Under the pieces are notes generated by a model that was not told where the DNA came from, ran no database searches, and saw only the letters and a list, made by a program, of their open reading frames with translations. Shown here in pieces: positions 36,454 to 46,685 of a stretch of DNA of 64,000 bases; the stretch's first letter is position 1, and each line of letters starts with the position of its first letter. Position numbers and translations under genes: made by a program. The stretch is taken from the NCBI GenBank assembly GCA_963820525.1, contig CAWGAA010000002.1, positions 288,001 through 352,000 on the forward strand, read 5' to 3'. Source of the stretch: an uncultured Spirochaetota bacterium (GTDB lineage: Bacteria > Spirochaetota > Spirochaetia > SZUA-6 > Fen-1364).

Positions 36454-37657
36454 GGCGCTTCCCCCCGTCATCACGACCGGCGATCTGGGCTCCTACGCGA
36501 TGCGCACGATCGTGGAGCGAAAGCCCAGGATCATCGATGAGGTCATCGAGGCGAACGCGCTCGCCGGTCCACGGAGGGAGAAGCTCGAGGCTCTGCGCGA
36601 TGAGCTTCGAAACGGATCGATCGCGAACCCCCTGAACGGCGCCGGCTTTCCGCCCGGCGCGTTCGAGGAGGAGGAGCTTTCCGTCTGGGAAAGCGAAATC
36701 GCCCGCCACCAAGGGCGGTCATGGCTCCAGGTCCCCTGGTACTTCGCCGAGTCGTTCTTCTACCTCAAGCTTCTCCTGTGCACCGGCTACTATGACGGCA
36801 GGCCGGCGGCGGATCCCTTTCAGCCGCTGAAGGAGAGGGAGCTTTTCGGCCCCTCCGGCGGGATCTCCCTGGGGCGACGGCTGGCCGGGAGCCTCGCCGG
36901 ACAAACCGCGCGGGAAGACGCCTTGGAAAGGCTCCTGCATTCATCGCTTTGGGGAAACCGTGTTGACCTGAGCACATTCGACGTGGCGACGAGGGAGAGG
37001 CTGAGCCTTGAACGAGGGGGTGAGGCCGACCTTCTCATCGACGACACGTCACGTGTGGCGAAAGCGCTTCTCGGCGCTCGCCGCGTCGACATGATCCTCG
37101 ACAATGCGGGGCCGGAGCTGGTTTCGGACCTGCTCCTGGCGGACTTCCTGCTCTTCACGGTCGATGGGGCTCGCGTCGTTTTCCACTTGAAGAGAGCCCC
37201 CTACTTCGTCTCTGACGCCATGACAAAGGATGTCCAGGCAACGATCGGCGCCTTCATTTCGGATGCCGACTCGCTCTTGCGCGCGGCGGGGCTCAGGCTG
37301 AAGGAGGCGATGGATCGCGGCAGCCTCACCCTGTCCGATCATTTCTTCTGGAACGGCCCCCTTCATTTCACCGGGATGCCGGGCGGGATTCGCCGCTCGC
37401 TCGCGGAAAGCGACATTGTCCTGGTCAAGGGCGATGCAAATTACCGCAGGCTTCTGCACGACAGGATGTGGAAGACCGATGAGGTGATGGAGGAGGCGGC
37501 TTCCTCCTTCCCCGCGCCTTTCGCCGTGCTTCGGACCATGAAAAGCGAGATCGTGGTGGATCTCCCGCCGGGCAGGGCGCAAGAGCTCTCCCGCGCGGAT
37601 CCGGATTGGATGACCAACGGAAAGCGCGGAATCATCAGATACTGCAAGCCTCGCTAG
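36416..37657 (+). CDS. DUF89/ARMT1-family damage-control metal-dependent phosphatase
   Basis: PWYFAESFFY, SLWGNRVDLS, ILDNAGPELVSD, PYFVSD, KGDANYRRL, RTMKSE. The start overlaps the SBP end (AAGGAG before ATG 36416). Confidence 0.88.
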   Translation: MARRRSSTRWEGRALPPVITTGDLGSYAMRTIVERKPRIIDEVIEANALAGPRREKLEALRDELRNGSIANPLNGAGFPPGAFEEEELSVWESEIARHQGRSWLQVPWYFAESFFYLKLLLCTGYYDGRPAADPFQPLKERELFGPSGGISLGRRLAGSLAGQTAREDALERLLHSSLWGNRVDLSTFDVATRERLSLERGGEADLLIDDTSRVAKALLGARRVDMILDNAGPELVSDLLLADFLLFTVDGARVVFHLKRAPYFVSDAMTKDVQATIGAFISDADSLLRAAGLRLKEAMDRGSLTLSDHFFWNGPLHFTGMPGGIRRSLAESDIVLVKGDANYRRLLHDRMWKTDEVMEEAASSFPAPFAVLRTMKSEIVVDLPPGRAQELSRADPDWMTNGKRGIIRYCKPR

Positions 37658-37661
37658 GGGG

Positions 37662-38237
37662 CTACTTCCTCGCCAGCATCTTCCAGCCCAGGGGCAGCGC
37701 CGCCGCCGAGAGCGCGCATTTCACCACGTCTGCGGCGACGAAGGGCAGGGCCCCCAGCACGATGGCGCTCGAAAAACCGGTGTACGCCCCGAGCCAGATC
37801 ACGCCCGGCACAAACAGGACGATGTCGGAGATGAGAAGCCCCGCGAACGCGGTCCAGCCCTTCCGATCCCAGCCCTTCTCCGAGAGAAGCCCGCAGAGGA
37901 ATGCGGCGAGGATGAATCCAATAAGGTATCCTCCCGTCGGCCCCAGCATGTGCGCGATCCCGGCGCGCCCCATGGAGAACACGGGAAGGCCGGCGGCCCC
38001 TTCCGCAAGGTAGGCGAGGACGGCTGCGGCTCCGCGCTTGCTGCCCAGAAGGGCGCCCGTGGCGAGCACCACCATGGTCTGCAGGGTCAGAGGCACCGGC
38101 GTGAAGGGCAGGGGGATCGCCACCTGCGCCGAAAGGGCTATAAGGAGAGAGAAGCCCGCGACAAGGGCCGCATCCACGAGCCGTGCGGCGGCTTTCGACG
38201 CGGGATGGACGATTTCGGCGTAGACGGGATAAGCCAT
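37662..38237 (-). CDS. bioY: Biotin transporter S component
   Basis: PFTPVPLTLQT, YLAEGAAGLPVF, GPTGGYLIGF. Confidence 0.93.
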   Translation of the reverse strand: MAYPVYAEIVHPASKAAARLVDAALVAGFSLLIALSAQVAIPLPFTPVPLTLQTMVVLATGALLGSKRGAAAVLAYLAEGAAGLPVFSMGRAGIAHMLGPTGGYLIGFILAAFLCGLLSEKGWDRKGWTAFAGLLISDIVLFVPGVIWLGAYTGFSSAIVLGALPFVAADVVKCALSAAALPLGWKMLARK

Positions 38238-38399
38238 GCTCCACCTCCAAGGTTTTAGAATCGGGGTAGAGTAGCCAAGATTAGGCGGAGGATCAAGGGG
38301 ATGCGTCTCAGGGCAACGCGGGGTGCGGGACCTCCGTCGTCATGACGCGGCGCGCAGTATTGACATTCGCGCCCGGCCGATCAATCCTCGATTCCCAAC

Positions 38400-39779
38400 G
38401 TGAAGGGCTATTTTACTCAACGCTTCATCCCGGTTTCGGAGCTTCCGTCGATCATGCGCAAGCACATCGCAACGGGCGCCATGGGCTCCCTCTGGGGAAA
38501 CCTCATCACCGGAATCGTGTATGTCTATTTCGGAAACGCGATCGGGATGAACAGGTTCCAGTGGGGAGTCCTTGGCGCCATCAGCGCCTGGGTGATCATG
38601 GCACAACCCATCGGAGCGATCCTCGGCGAGAGGTCGGGGTCGCGGAAGAGGGCATGGTATTGGTTCGCGGTAACGGACCGGACCCTGAGATTCCTGGGAA
38701 TTCTGGGAGCATTCCTCTTGTGGCGCGCGGGAAACCATTCCGCCCACCTCGCGTTCATGGTGGCCATCTGCGTGGGCTCGCTTCTGGGAAATATCGCGAC
38801 GCCGCCCTGGTACGGCTGGCTTGCCACCATCATTCCTCAAGAGGTTCAAGGCTCGTTCTGGGGCAGGCGGGACGCCTGGATATCGCTTGCCGTGATCGTC
38901 GTCATCCTGCCCTGCGGCTACATCATGGACCTCATCCCGGAGGGCGGGAAACTGGGGATGGCGGTGGCCATCCTCTCGGCAGCGGGGTTCATCGGCCTGG
39001 CCGATCTCGCCATCCATGGAACCATCCCGGAGCCGCCCATGGCGGCCAATCCCGCTGCGAACTCGTTCGCCAACATTCTTGGGCCCCTTCGCGACAGGGG
39101 ATTCAGGCCATGGCTCGTGTTCAACCTGTGCTGGAACTTCAGCCAGTCTCTGGGAGGAGCTCTCTGCACCCTGTATTTCATGGAGAATCTCGGGTTCAAG
39201 GACAACCTCCTCGGCGGGATGATCGCGGTCACCGCCACGGCCCTCGCCGCCGGCATGCTGACCGCCCGCCGGGGAGGCAGGCTGGTGGACAAGTGGGGCT
39301 TCCGGAGGGTCTTTTTCCTCAGCTACAGCCTCTGGACGCTCCTGCCCTTCATCTGGCTTCTTGCCACGCCGAAGACCGGAGTGTTCTGGATCGGACTGGC
39401 CAACGTGCTCTTCGGGGCTTCATCGCTTGCGGCCAACAACGCCGGGATCAAGCTCGTCACGCGGTATCCCCAACCCGGTGAGAGCGCGATGTACATGGCT
39501 GTGACCAGCAGCGTCGCCAACCTCGCGGCCGGCCTCGGCTCGCTGGCGGCAGGCGGGTTCCTGTGGATTGTGGGCGGGTGGAGCTTCGCGCTGGGCGGCC
39601 TCGTGGTGAGCGCTTTCCCCCTCTTGTTCATCATCTCCGGAGTCTTACGGGTGATAACGATCGTTACGCTCATCCCCGGCATCCCCGAGAAGGGCGCCGT
39701 GCTTATGGAACGGCGGAGGCTTCTTCTGCCGATTTTCTTCCCGCTTCTGCGCGGCGGTAAAAAGCCGCCCGAGAACTAG
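38400..39779 (+). CDS. MFS transporter
   Basis: 459 aa, about 12 TM helices, GRLVDKWGFRR motif A; TTGACA upstream. Confidence 0.85.
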   Translation: MKGYFTQRFIPVSELPSIMRKHIATGAMGSLWGNLITGIVYVYFGNAIGMNRFQWGVLGAISAWVIMAQPIGAILGERSGSRKRAWYWFAVTDRTLRFLGILGAFLLWRAGNHSAHLAFMVAICVGSLLGNIATPPWYGWLATIIPQEVQGSFWGRRDAWISLAVIVVILPCGYIMDLIPEGGKLGMAVAILSAAGFIGLADLAIHGTIPEPPMAANPAANSFANILGPLRDRGFRPWLVFNLCWNFSQSLGGALCTLYFMENLGFKDNLLGGMIAVTATALAAGMLTARRGGRLVDKWGFRRVFFLSYSLWTLLPFIWLLATPKTGVFWIGLANVLFGASSLAANNAGIKLVTRYPQPGESAMYMAVTSSVANLAAGLGSLAAGGFLWIVGGWSFALGGLVVSAFPLLFIISGVLRVITIVTLIPGIPEKGAVLMERRRLLLPIFFPLLRGGKKPPEN

Positions 39780-40651
39780 TCCTCCCCCTTTTCGTAGTTC
39801 TTGCCGTCCCAGGCGGGCGCGCGCGCGCGGCCTGCAAGGCCCGCCAGCACGACAATGGCAAGCACGTAGGGAAACATCAGCACGAACTGGTCGGGGATGG
39901 GGATCTGGGTGGCGAACACGATGCGGAACGTGTCCGCGTAGCCGAACAAAAGCGATGCCAGGACGGCTCCGATGGGGTCCCACCTGCCGAAGATCACCGC
40001 GGCAAGGGCGATGAACCCGCGCCCCGCCACCATCCCCGTGATCCACTTGGTGGGAAAGAGCGTGGCGGTGGCCAGACCGCAGAGGGCGCCGCTGATGATC
40101 ACCCCGAGGTAGCGCATGAGAAAGACATTGACGCCCAGGGTGTCGGCGGCCTCGGGGTTCTCTCCCACGCTCCGCAGGCGAAGCCCGAATCGCGTCCTGT
40201 TCAGGACGAACCACGCCAGAGGGGTGATGGGGATGAGCAGGAACGCCATGGAGCTGACGCCCAGGATCTGGGGGAAGAGGTGCGGATTGATGGCGGTCTG
40301 GGTCTCCTGCCCGAAGAAGGCCTGGCAGAGGAAGCGGGACAGCCCGATGGCGAGCACGTTGATGGCAACGCCTGAAACGATGTGATCCACCTTGAAGGTG
40401 ACCGTCGCCGCCGCGTGGATGAGCGCCATGAGGACGCCGGTGACGACGGAGATGAAGAGCCCCATCCAGATGCTCTGGAACGCGACGGCACCCCACACGA
40501 GTGTGAGGGCCGTGACCGTCATGATCCCTTCCAGGGCGATGTTCACCACGCCCCCGCGCTCCGAGAACACGGCCCCGAGCGCCGAATAGGCGATCGGGGA
40601 GGAGATCTCCAGGCCTTTCGCTATGAAGAAGACCAGGAATGAGAGGTTCAT
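39776..40651 (-). CDS. Nucleoside/sugar ABC transporter permease
   Basis: SERGGVVNIALEG, GENPEAADTLG, GRGFIALAA. Confidence 0.9.
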   Translation of the reverse strand: MNLSFLVFFIAKGLEISSPIAYSALGAVFSERGGVVNIALEGIMTVTALTLVWGAVAFQSIWMGLFISVVTGVLMALIHAAATVTFKVDHIVSGVAINVLAIGLSRFLCQAFFGQETQTAINPHLFPQILGVSSMAFLLIPITPLAWFVLNRTRFGLRLRSVGENPEAADTLGVNVFLMRYLGVIISGALCGLATATLFPTKWITGMVAGRGFIALAAVIFGRWDPIGAVLASLLFGYADTFRIVFATQIPIPDQFVLMFPYVLAIVVLAGLAGRARAPAWDGKNYEKGED

Positions 40652-41757
40652 TGGCGCATCTCCCTCTTTCGAAGGGCCCGCACGGCGCGGACCATGACCT
40701 CATTGATCACGACGATGAACATGATCATGAGCCCCTGGATCGCGTACGTCACCGAGTTGGGCACCTTGGTGGAAAGCTGCAGTCCGTAGCCCGCCTGCTT
40801 GAGGAAGGCGAAGAGCAGGGACGAGAAGGCAACGCCGATGGGCGAGTTCTTGGCGATGAGCGAGATGGCGATTCCATCGAACCCGAGACCCGAAGCCAGG
40901 TTGTAGGTGTAGAACCCGCGGATGGCGAAGATCTCCTGGAGGCCGATCAGCCCCGCGATTGCTCCGGAGATGACGAACGCCGCGATCTGAACCCTGCCCA
41001 CCCGGATCCCCGCGTAGTGGGAGACATCGACGGAGGTCCCCACGGCCCGAATCTCGAAGCCCTGGCGCGTGCGGAACAGCAGGAACCAGATGGCCAGGCC
41101 CATGATCAGGGCGACAATGAGACTGTAGTCGAGGTACACGTACTCCGGAACCTTCCAGCCGATGGCCCGGAACAGGCCGTTGAGCTTTCCGAAGAGCGCG
41201 GTGGGCTGGAGCTTCGGCGTCTGCGGCTCGAGGCTCGCTCCCTTTTGCAGGCCGGACAGGGGGCCGTTGATCAGGAAGTTCACCAGCGCAAGCGCCACGT
41301 TGTTGAGCATGATCGTGGTGATGACCTCGTGGATCCCGCGCACGCTCTTCAGGATGGCGGGAACCAGGGCCCAAAGCGCGCCCCCGAGCATTGCGCAGAG
41401 CACCACAACGGGGATGTGGATGGGGGCCGGAAGATGGAGGTAGATCCCCGCCAGCGCCCCCGTCATGCCGCCAATGAAGTACTGGCCTTCCACCCCGATG
41501 TTGAAGACTCCCCCGCGGAAGGCGATGGCCACGGCGAGGCCGGCCAGGTAGTAGGGAATGGAAATGGAGAGCACGGAGGCCAGCTTGGCCGCGCTGGCCA
41601 GGCTGAACTTGTAGATGGCAACGAAGGCTTTCAGGGGGCTCTCCTGCAGGACGATGACGATGAGAACAAGCACGGCCACGGATGCGAAAAACCCGATGAA
41701 AGGCGCCGTCTGCTCCAGAAAAACGTACCGGTTGAGCCTGTCCCTACGCTGTCGCAT
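40648..41757 (-). CDS. Nucleoside/sugar ABC transporter permease
   Basis: FNIGVEGQ, HEVITTIMLN, GFDGIAI. Confidence 0.9.
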   Translation of the reverse strand: MRQRRDRLNRYVFLEQTAPFIGFFASVAVLVLIVIVLQESPLKAFVAIYKFSLASAAKLASVLSISIPYYLAGLAVAIAFRGGVFNIGVEGQYFIGGMTGALAGIYLHLPAPIHIPVVVLCAMLGGALWALVPAILKSVRGIHEVITTIMLNNVALALVNFLINGPLSGLQKGASLEPQTPKLQPTALFGKLNGLFRAIGWKVPEYVYLDYSLIVALIMGLAIWFLLFRTRQGFEIRAVGTSVDVSHYAGIRVGRVQIAAFVISGAIAGLIGLQEIFAIRGFYTYNLASGLGFDGIAISLIAKNSPIGVAFSSLLFAFLKQAGYGLQLSTKVPNSVTYAIQGLMIMFIVVINEVMVRAVRALRKREMRQ

Positions 41758-43270
41758 TTTCCCTCTCCCCTGTCATAAAGAGACCGACCTCTTCTTTCAC
41801 GGCGTCGTCGTGGGCGAACTCCTTGATGATCCTGCCCTTGAAAATCACGCCGATCCTGTCGGAGAGCGAGAGAAGCTCATCGAGGTCCGCGGAAACAAGG
41901 AGCACCGCCTTGCCTTCGGCGCGGGCCTGGAGGAGCTGCCGGTGGATGAACTCGGTTGCCCCGATGTCCACGCCGCGGGTGGGCTGGGAGGCCACCAGGA
42001 GCCGGGGGCCGGCGCTGATCTCGCGGGCCACGACCGCTTTCTGCTGGTTTCCCCCCGAGAGGGCATTGGCCGGGGTTTCTTCGCTGGGAGTCCTGATGTC
42101 GAACCTCTCGATGATCCGGCGGCCGGCCTCGCGGATTGCGCGCATGTTGACGGTCTTGAATCGCGTGATGAACTGGGCGCGATGCATCTGCCCCAAAACC
42201 AGGTTCAAGGCCACTGAGAAGGGGAGAAGAAGTCCGTACTTCTGCCTGTCCTCCGGGATATGGGTGATGCCGCGGTCCCTCCGCTTCCTCACGCTCCATC
42301 GACGGATGCTCTCGCCGTCCAGGAGGATGTCCCCCGATTCGACCTCCAGGCCTTCTGCCACCGCCCGCACGAGCTCGCTCTGGCCGTTCCCCTCCACTCC
42401 GGCGATCCCGTAGATTTCTCCGGCGCAAACGCGAAAAGAAGCCCCATTGAGCGCGTTGTAGCCGCGGGGGCTCCTGATGACCAGGTCCTTGACCTCGAGG
42501 ACCGTCTTTCCCGGCGCCTGGGGGGCGCGATCCACCTCCAGGAGCACGGGCTTTCCAACCATCAGCTCAGCCAGGCGGGGCTTGGTGGCCTCCACCCGCG
42601 CCATGCTCTGGACGATGGCGCCGTGACGGATCACCGTGATCCTGTCCGCGATCTCCAGCACCTCGTCCAGCTTGTGGCTGATGAAGATGATCCCCTTTCC
42701 CTGCCTCTTCATCTCGCGGAAGGTCTTGAAAAGCTCCGATACCTCCTGGGGGGTGAGCACGGCGGTCGGCTCGTCGAACACGAGGATGGTGGCCCCGCGG
42801 AAAAGGATCTTGACGATCTCCACCCTCTGCTGGATCCCGACGGAGAGCTCCTCGACCTTTGTATCGAGATCTATGGAGATCCTGTTCTCCTCCATGATGG
42901 CCGAGATTTTTCTCCGCTGGCTCTGCGTGGACAGGATCCCGCCCCGATGCTCCTCTTCTCCGAGGATGATGTTTTCCAATACACTGAAGGGGGGAAAAAG
43001 CATGAAGTGCTGATGAACCATGCCGATCCCGTGATGGATGGCGTCCCGGGGGCCGCGGATGGAGATCCGCCCGCCCCGCACCGAGATGATCCCCGCGTCC
43101 GGCTTGTACAGGCCGTAGAGGATCTTCATCAGGGTGGTCTTTCCGGCCCCGTTCTCCCCGACCAGGGCATGAACCTCACCGGAGCTGAGGGTGAGGGAGA
43201 CGTGGTCGTTGGCCACCACCCCGGGGAAATGCTTGGTGATATCCTTCATTTCCAGGAGGAGCTCGGACAT
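41744..43270 (-). CDS. Nucleoside/sugar ABC transporter ATP-binding protein (two ABC domains)
   Basis: [29 protein letters not shown]. Start at MSELLLEM after AAGGAG. Confidence 0.92.
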   Translation of the reverse strand: MSELLLEMKDITKHFPGVVANDHVSLTLSSGEVHALVGENGAGKTTLMKILYGLYKPDAGIISVRGGRISIRGPRDAIHHGIGMVHQHFMLFPPFSVLENIILGEEEHRGGILSTQSQRRKISAIMEENRISIDLDTKVEELSVGIQQRVEIVKILFRGATILVFDEPTAVLTPQEVSELFKTFREMKRQGKGIIFISHKLDEVLEIADRITVIRHGAIVQSMARVEATKPRLAELMVGKPVLLEVDRAPQAPGKTVLEVKDLVIRSPRGYNALNGASFRVCAGEIYGIAGVEGNGQSELVRAVAEGLEVESGDILLDGESIRRWSVRKRRDRGITHIPEDRQKYGLLLPFSVALNLVLGQMHRAQFITRFKTVNMRAIREAGRRIIERFDIRTPSEETPANALSGGNQQKAVVAREISAGPRLLVASQPTRGVDIGATEFIHRQLLQARAEGKAVLLVSADLDELLSLSDRIGVIFKGRIIKEFAHDDAVKEEVGLFMTGERENATA

Positions 43271-43286
43271 TATGGGCTCCTTTATG

Positions 43287-43317
43287 AAAAAAGGGCGGGA
43301 GCTGAGGCTCCCGCCCT
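43287..43317 (-). terminator. Intrinsic terminator/attenuating hairpin between the BMP gene and the ATPase
   Basis: Minus strand AGGGCGGGAGC-ctca-GCTCCCGCCC followed by TTTTTT. Confidence 0.75.
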
Positions 43318-43332
43318 CGGTCTGCAAAGGCT

Positions 43333-44445
43333 CTATTTCAGTGTCTTCACCCACGCGGCCATGTCAGTGTTCTCATCGGGGACCGTGATCTTTCCCGCGA
43401 TGATCTGGGCCTTCAGGGCGTCCACCCGGGCCTTCACGTCGGCAAGAGCCGCCTTGTTGAACGAGTTCTCCGCGTAGCCTACCCCGTCCTCCTTGAGCCC
43501 GAAGACGCGGTAGCCGCCGGCGGTGCTCCCGTTGTCGATGAAGTCCTTGCCGCTGAGGAATACCGAGGTATCGACCCTCTTGATCATCGAGGTGAGGATC
43601 CACTTGGCGGCCGCCTTGGTTGCGGCGTCCTTCGAGGTGGCGTAGATGACGCCCTGGTCGGAGTCGACGCCGATGGAAAGCTTCTTGGCTTCCGATGCGG
43701 CCTTGAACAGCCCGTCTCCCGAGCCGCCCGCCGCGTGGAACACGACGGATGCGCCCTGCCTGTAGAAGTTGGAGGCGATGTCGTATCCGCCCTTCGGGTC
43801 GTTGAACGCGGTGGGATCCTTGCCGATGTACTGGGACAGGATCATGCCCGCCTTGCGGTAGGCGGGAGCAACGTACATGGCGCCGGCCTGATAGCCGTTG
43901 TCGAAGCGGTGGATCAGGGGGATATCCATTCCGCCGAGGAACCCGATCTTGACGTTCTTTGCCTTGTAGGCGGCGATGGCCCCGACGAGGAAGGAACCCT
44001 CGTTCTCCTTGAAGCTGAGGCAGGTGATGTTGCTCGAATCCGTGAGGTCGGGGATGTACCCGTCAATCAGGGCGAAGTGCGTATCGGGGAACTCCTTGGC
44101 CACCTTGGTCAGGGCATCCGTGAAAAGGAAGCCGACGCCGTAGATGAGCTGATACCCGTCCTCGGCCAGGGCTCTCATGAGGATCTCCCTGTCCTGGCCG
44201 CCCGCCTTGGGCTCCATGTACTTGATCTGGGTGTCCGTGCCGAAGCTCACCTTGTCGGGATCTCCATCGATCCAGCCGTTGTACGCTTTGGCCAGCTGGA
44301 CAAGGCCGCGGTAAGCGGAATCGTTGAAGGAGTTATCGCCCCTTCCTGCGAGGTCGAACACAAGGCCGATCTTCACCTTGGGATCCGCGCCGACCACGAG
44401 CACGGCGATGAGAAGCAATACCATCAGAATTACCAGTCTCTTCAT
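43333..44445 (-). CDS. BMP/PnrA-family substrate-binding protein (nucleoside-type)
   Basis: GRGDNSFNDSA, FKENEGSFLVG, FHAAGGSG, IGVDSDQ, TSMIKRVD; GAGGAGG SD. Confidence 0.9.
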   Translation of the reverse strand: MKRLVILMVLLLIAVLVVGADPKVKIGLVFDLAGRGDNSFNDSAYRGLVQLAKAYNGWIDGDPDKVSFGTDTQIKYMEPKAGGQDREILMRALAEDGYQLIYGVGFLFTDALTKVAKEFPDTHFALIDGYIPDLTDSSNITCLSFKENEGSFLVGAIAAYKAKNVKIGFLGGMDIPLIHRFDNGYQAGAMYVAPAYRKAGMILSQYIGKDPTAFNDPKGGYDIASNFYRQGASVVFHAAGGSGDGLFKAASEAKKLSIGVDSDQGVIYATSKDAATKAAAKWILTSMIKRVDTSVFLSGKDFIDNGSTAGGYRVFGLKEDGVGYAENSFNKAALADVKARVDALKAQIIAGKITVPDENTDMAAWVKTLK

Positions 44446-44480
44446 GGGTTCCTCCTCTTCTTTCAGATTTTTTCTCGTTT

Positions 44481-44538
44481 ACTCTAAAGCCTGGGAAATG
44501 AGAAGTCAAGCTTAAATGCCGCAAACCGTCGATTTGCG
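44481..44538 (-). promoter_or_regulatory. Promoter and upstream palindrome of the nucleoside ABC operon
   Basis: Minus strand TTGACT-N17-TAGAGT; palindrome CGCAAA-ccgtcga-TTTGCG at 44520-44538. Confidence 0.55.
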
Positions 44539-44582
44539 CCTCTTCATTAACATTCAGGCGCTACATGAATATGCAAATCCGA

Positions 44583-46625
44583 TCAGCCGCGGAGCAGAGC
44601 GAGGAACTCCTTTTCAGAGACGATCCGAACGCCGAGGGACCGCGCTTTCTCCAGCTTGCTTCCTGGGTTTTCCCCGGCAAGCAGGTGGGTGGTCTTGGAG
44701 GTGACGCTCGAGCCCGCCCGCCCGCCGCGCTTCTCCACCTCTTCCATGGCGAGCTCGCGGGGCTTGAACGTCTCGAAGCTGCCCGTCACGCACCAGGTCT
44801 GGCCCTCGAAGGTCCTGGGCAGCCCGCTCCGCAGGCGATCCCCCTCGCGGAAGTTGAGACCGGCCTTGCGAAGCCTTTCGATACGCCTGCGGATCTTCCG
44901 GCGGCGGAGCTCCGTGATGAGGATCTCCGCGGTCCGTTCTCCTATCCCGTGGATCTCCAGAAGCGGGGCCGGATCACCCGATTCGGCCAGGGAGAGGATC
45001 GAGTCGATGTCCCGGAAGCCCGCGCCGATCAGAAGCTCGGTCACCTTCTGTCCCACCTCGGGTATTCCCAGTGAGGGGAAGACGACCCGGAAGGGTTTCG
45101 CCTTGCTCTTCTCTATTCCCGCGCGGATCAGGGCGACCTTCTTTTCTCCGAAGCCGGGGACATCGAGGAGCCTGGCCGGATCGAAGGAGTAGATGTCATC
45201 GATGTCGCGCACGAGTCCCCTCTGGATGAGGACCTCAATGGTCTCGGGGCCGAGCCCTTCGATGTCCATCTGGCCCCTGTTCACGAAGAAGGCGAGCCTT
45301 CCCCGCACCTGGTCGGGGCAGGATGGATTTGGGCAGAAGTGGTGGGCGCCGAGCTTTTCAAGCGGCGTGGAGCAGGTCGGGCAGCGGGGCGGAAGCCTCC
45401 ACGTCGTGTTTCCTTCCTCGTTTTTCTCGATCACCCGCTCCACCGCCGGAATGACGTCGCCCCTCTTGGATACGGCGACGCGGTCCCCGACAGCGAGCTC
45501 CAGCATGTCGATGTACTCCTGGTTGTGGAGCGTGACGTTCTGGATGGTGGAGCCGGAAATGCGCACCGGCTCCACGCGCGCAACCGGGGTGATCCTTCCC
45601 GTGCGCCCGACCTGGGCCCCGATCGCCTTCACCGTGGTGACGCCTTCGGGGGACTCGAACTTGAAGGCGACGGCCCATCGGGGGTGATGACCGGTATACC
45701 CGAGCTTCTCGCGGACGGGTATCTCGTTCACCTTGATGACCAGGCCGTCGATATCGTAGTCCAGGCCCAGCCGCCGCTTTCGCTCCTCCTCGATGAAGCC
45801 GCCGATCTCCTCGATGCCCCCCACTCTCCAGCGGGGATGCTTCTCCCTCACTTCATCCCTCTGCCTGCCGTCCGAGAAGAAGCCGATGGTCGGATTGAGG
45901 CGGAAGCCGAGGCCCTCCAGCGCCTCGAGAATCTCGACGTGCGTGGCGAACGGCTCGGCAAAGAACCCTTCGTAGACGAAGATATCAAGCGGAACCCCGG
46001 CAACTTCCTTGCTCTTAACGCGCCTCAGGGTGCCCGAGGCGAGGTTCCGCGGGTTGGCATAGGGTTCTTCCATGCGTGCGTTGATCGAGGCGAAGAGGCT
46101 CCTGGCCAGGAAGATCTCGCCGCGGGCGGCGACGGTCCGCGGCGCCGACAGGCGGAGCGGAACGGCGCCGATCGTCTTGACGTTGCCCGTGACGTCGTTT
46201 CCCACAACGCCGTTTCCGCGCGTGACGGCGCGCGCAAGGAGCCCGTTTTGATAGTAGAGAACGATGGACGACCCGTCGATCTTCTCTTCGCAGACGAAAG
46301 ACAGCTCCCGGCCCGCATTGCGCCGGGTCTTCTCGATCCATGAGGAGAGGTCCTCGGCCGTGTAGGACTTGTCGAGGCTCAGCACCGGGATCGTGTGCTC
46401 GACCTCGGGCAGCTCCTGCGTGAGATCGGACCCGACGCGCTGCGTGGGGGAGTCGGGCGCTGCAAGCTCGGGGAAGCGCTTCTCGATGTCGATGAGCTCG
46501 TCGAACAGCCCGTCGTATTCCTGGTCCGATACCAGGGGTTTCGATTCGATGAAGTAGGCGTGCTGCAGCTCCCGGAGCTTCCGGGACAGCTCGCTGGTCC
46601 TCGTCTCCGCCTCTTTTTTCGTCAT
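44583..46625 (-). CDS. ligA: NAD-dependent DNA ligase
   Basis: EEKIDG active site, TRGNG, NPRN, Zn finger, HhH motifs, C-terminal BRCT. Confidence 0.97.
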   Translation of the reverse strand: MTKKEAETRTSELSRKLRELQHAYFIESKPLVSDQEYDGLFDELIDIEKRFPELAAPDSPTQRVGSDLTQELPEVEHTIPVLSLDKSYTAEDLSSWIEKTRRNAGRELSFVCEEKIDGSSIVLYYQNGLLARAVTRGNGVVGNDVTGNVKTIGAVPLRLSAPRTVAARGEIFLARSLFASINARMEEPYANPRNLASGTLRRVKSKEVAGVPLDIFVYEGFFAEPFATHVEILEALEGLGFRLNPTIGFFSDGRQRDEVREKHPRWRVGGIEEIGGFIEEERKRRLGLDYDIDGLVIKVNEIPVREKLGYTGHHPRWAVAFKFESPEGVTTVKAIGAQVGRTGRITPVARVEPVRISGSTIQNVTLHNQEYIDMLELAVGDRVAVSKRGDVIPAVERVIEKNEEGNTTWRLPPRCPTCSTPLEKLGAHHFCPNPSCPDQVRGRLAFFVNRGQMDIEGLGPETIEVLIQRGLVRDIDDIYSFDPARLLDVPGFGEKKVALIRAGIEKSKAKPFRVVFPSLGIPEVGQKVTELLIGAGFRDIDSILSLAESGDPAPLLEIHGIGERTAEILITELRRRKIRRRIERLRKAGLNFREGDRLRSGLPRTFEGQTWCVTGSFETFKPRELAMEEVEKRGGRAGSSVTSKTTHLLAGENPGSKLEKARSLGVRIVSEKEFLALLRG

Positions 46626-46685
46626 ACCGTCCAGCTCAATGTGCAGTGAAAACTCTCGAGATGCAAGGACGGGGAGGCCGCGGGC

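Noticed and set aside
39776..44445. BMP-type ABC operon as the spirochaete riboflavin transporter RfuABCD
   Set aside because: Same broad family, but the FMN riboswitch sits on a different transporter and the SBP motifs fit nucleoside-binding PnrA/BmpA. The substrate cannot be fixed from sequence alone.
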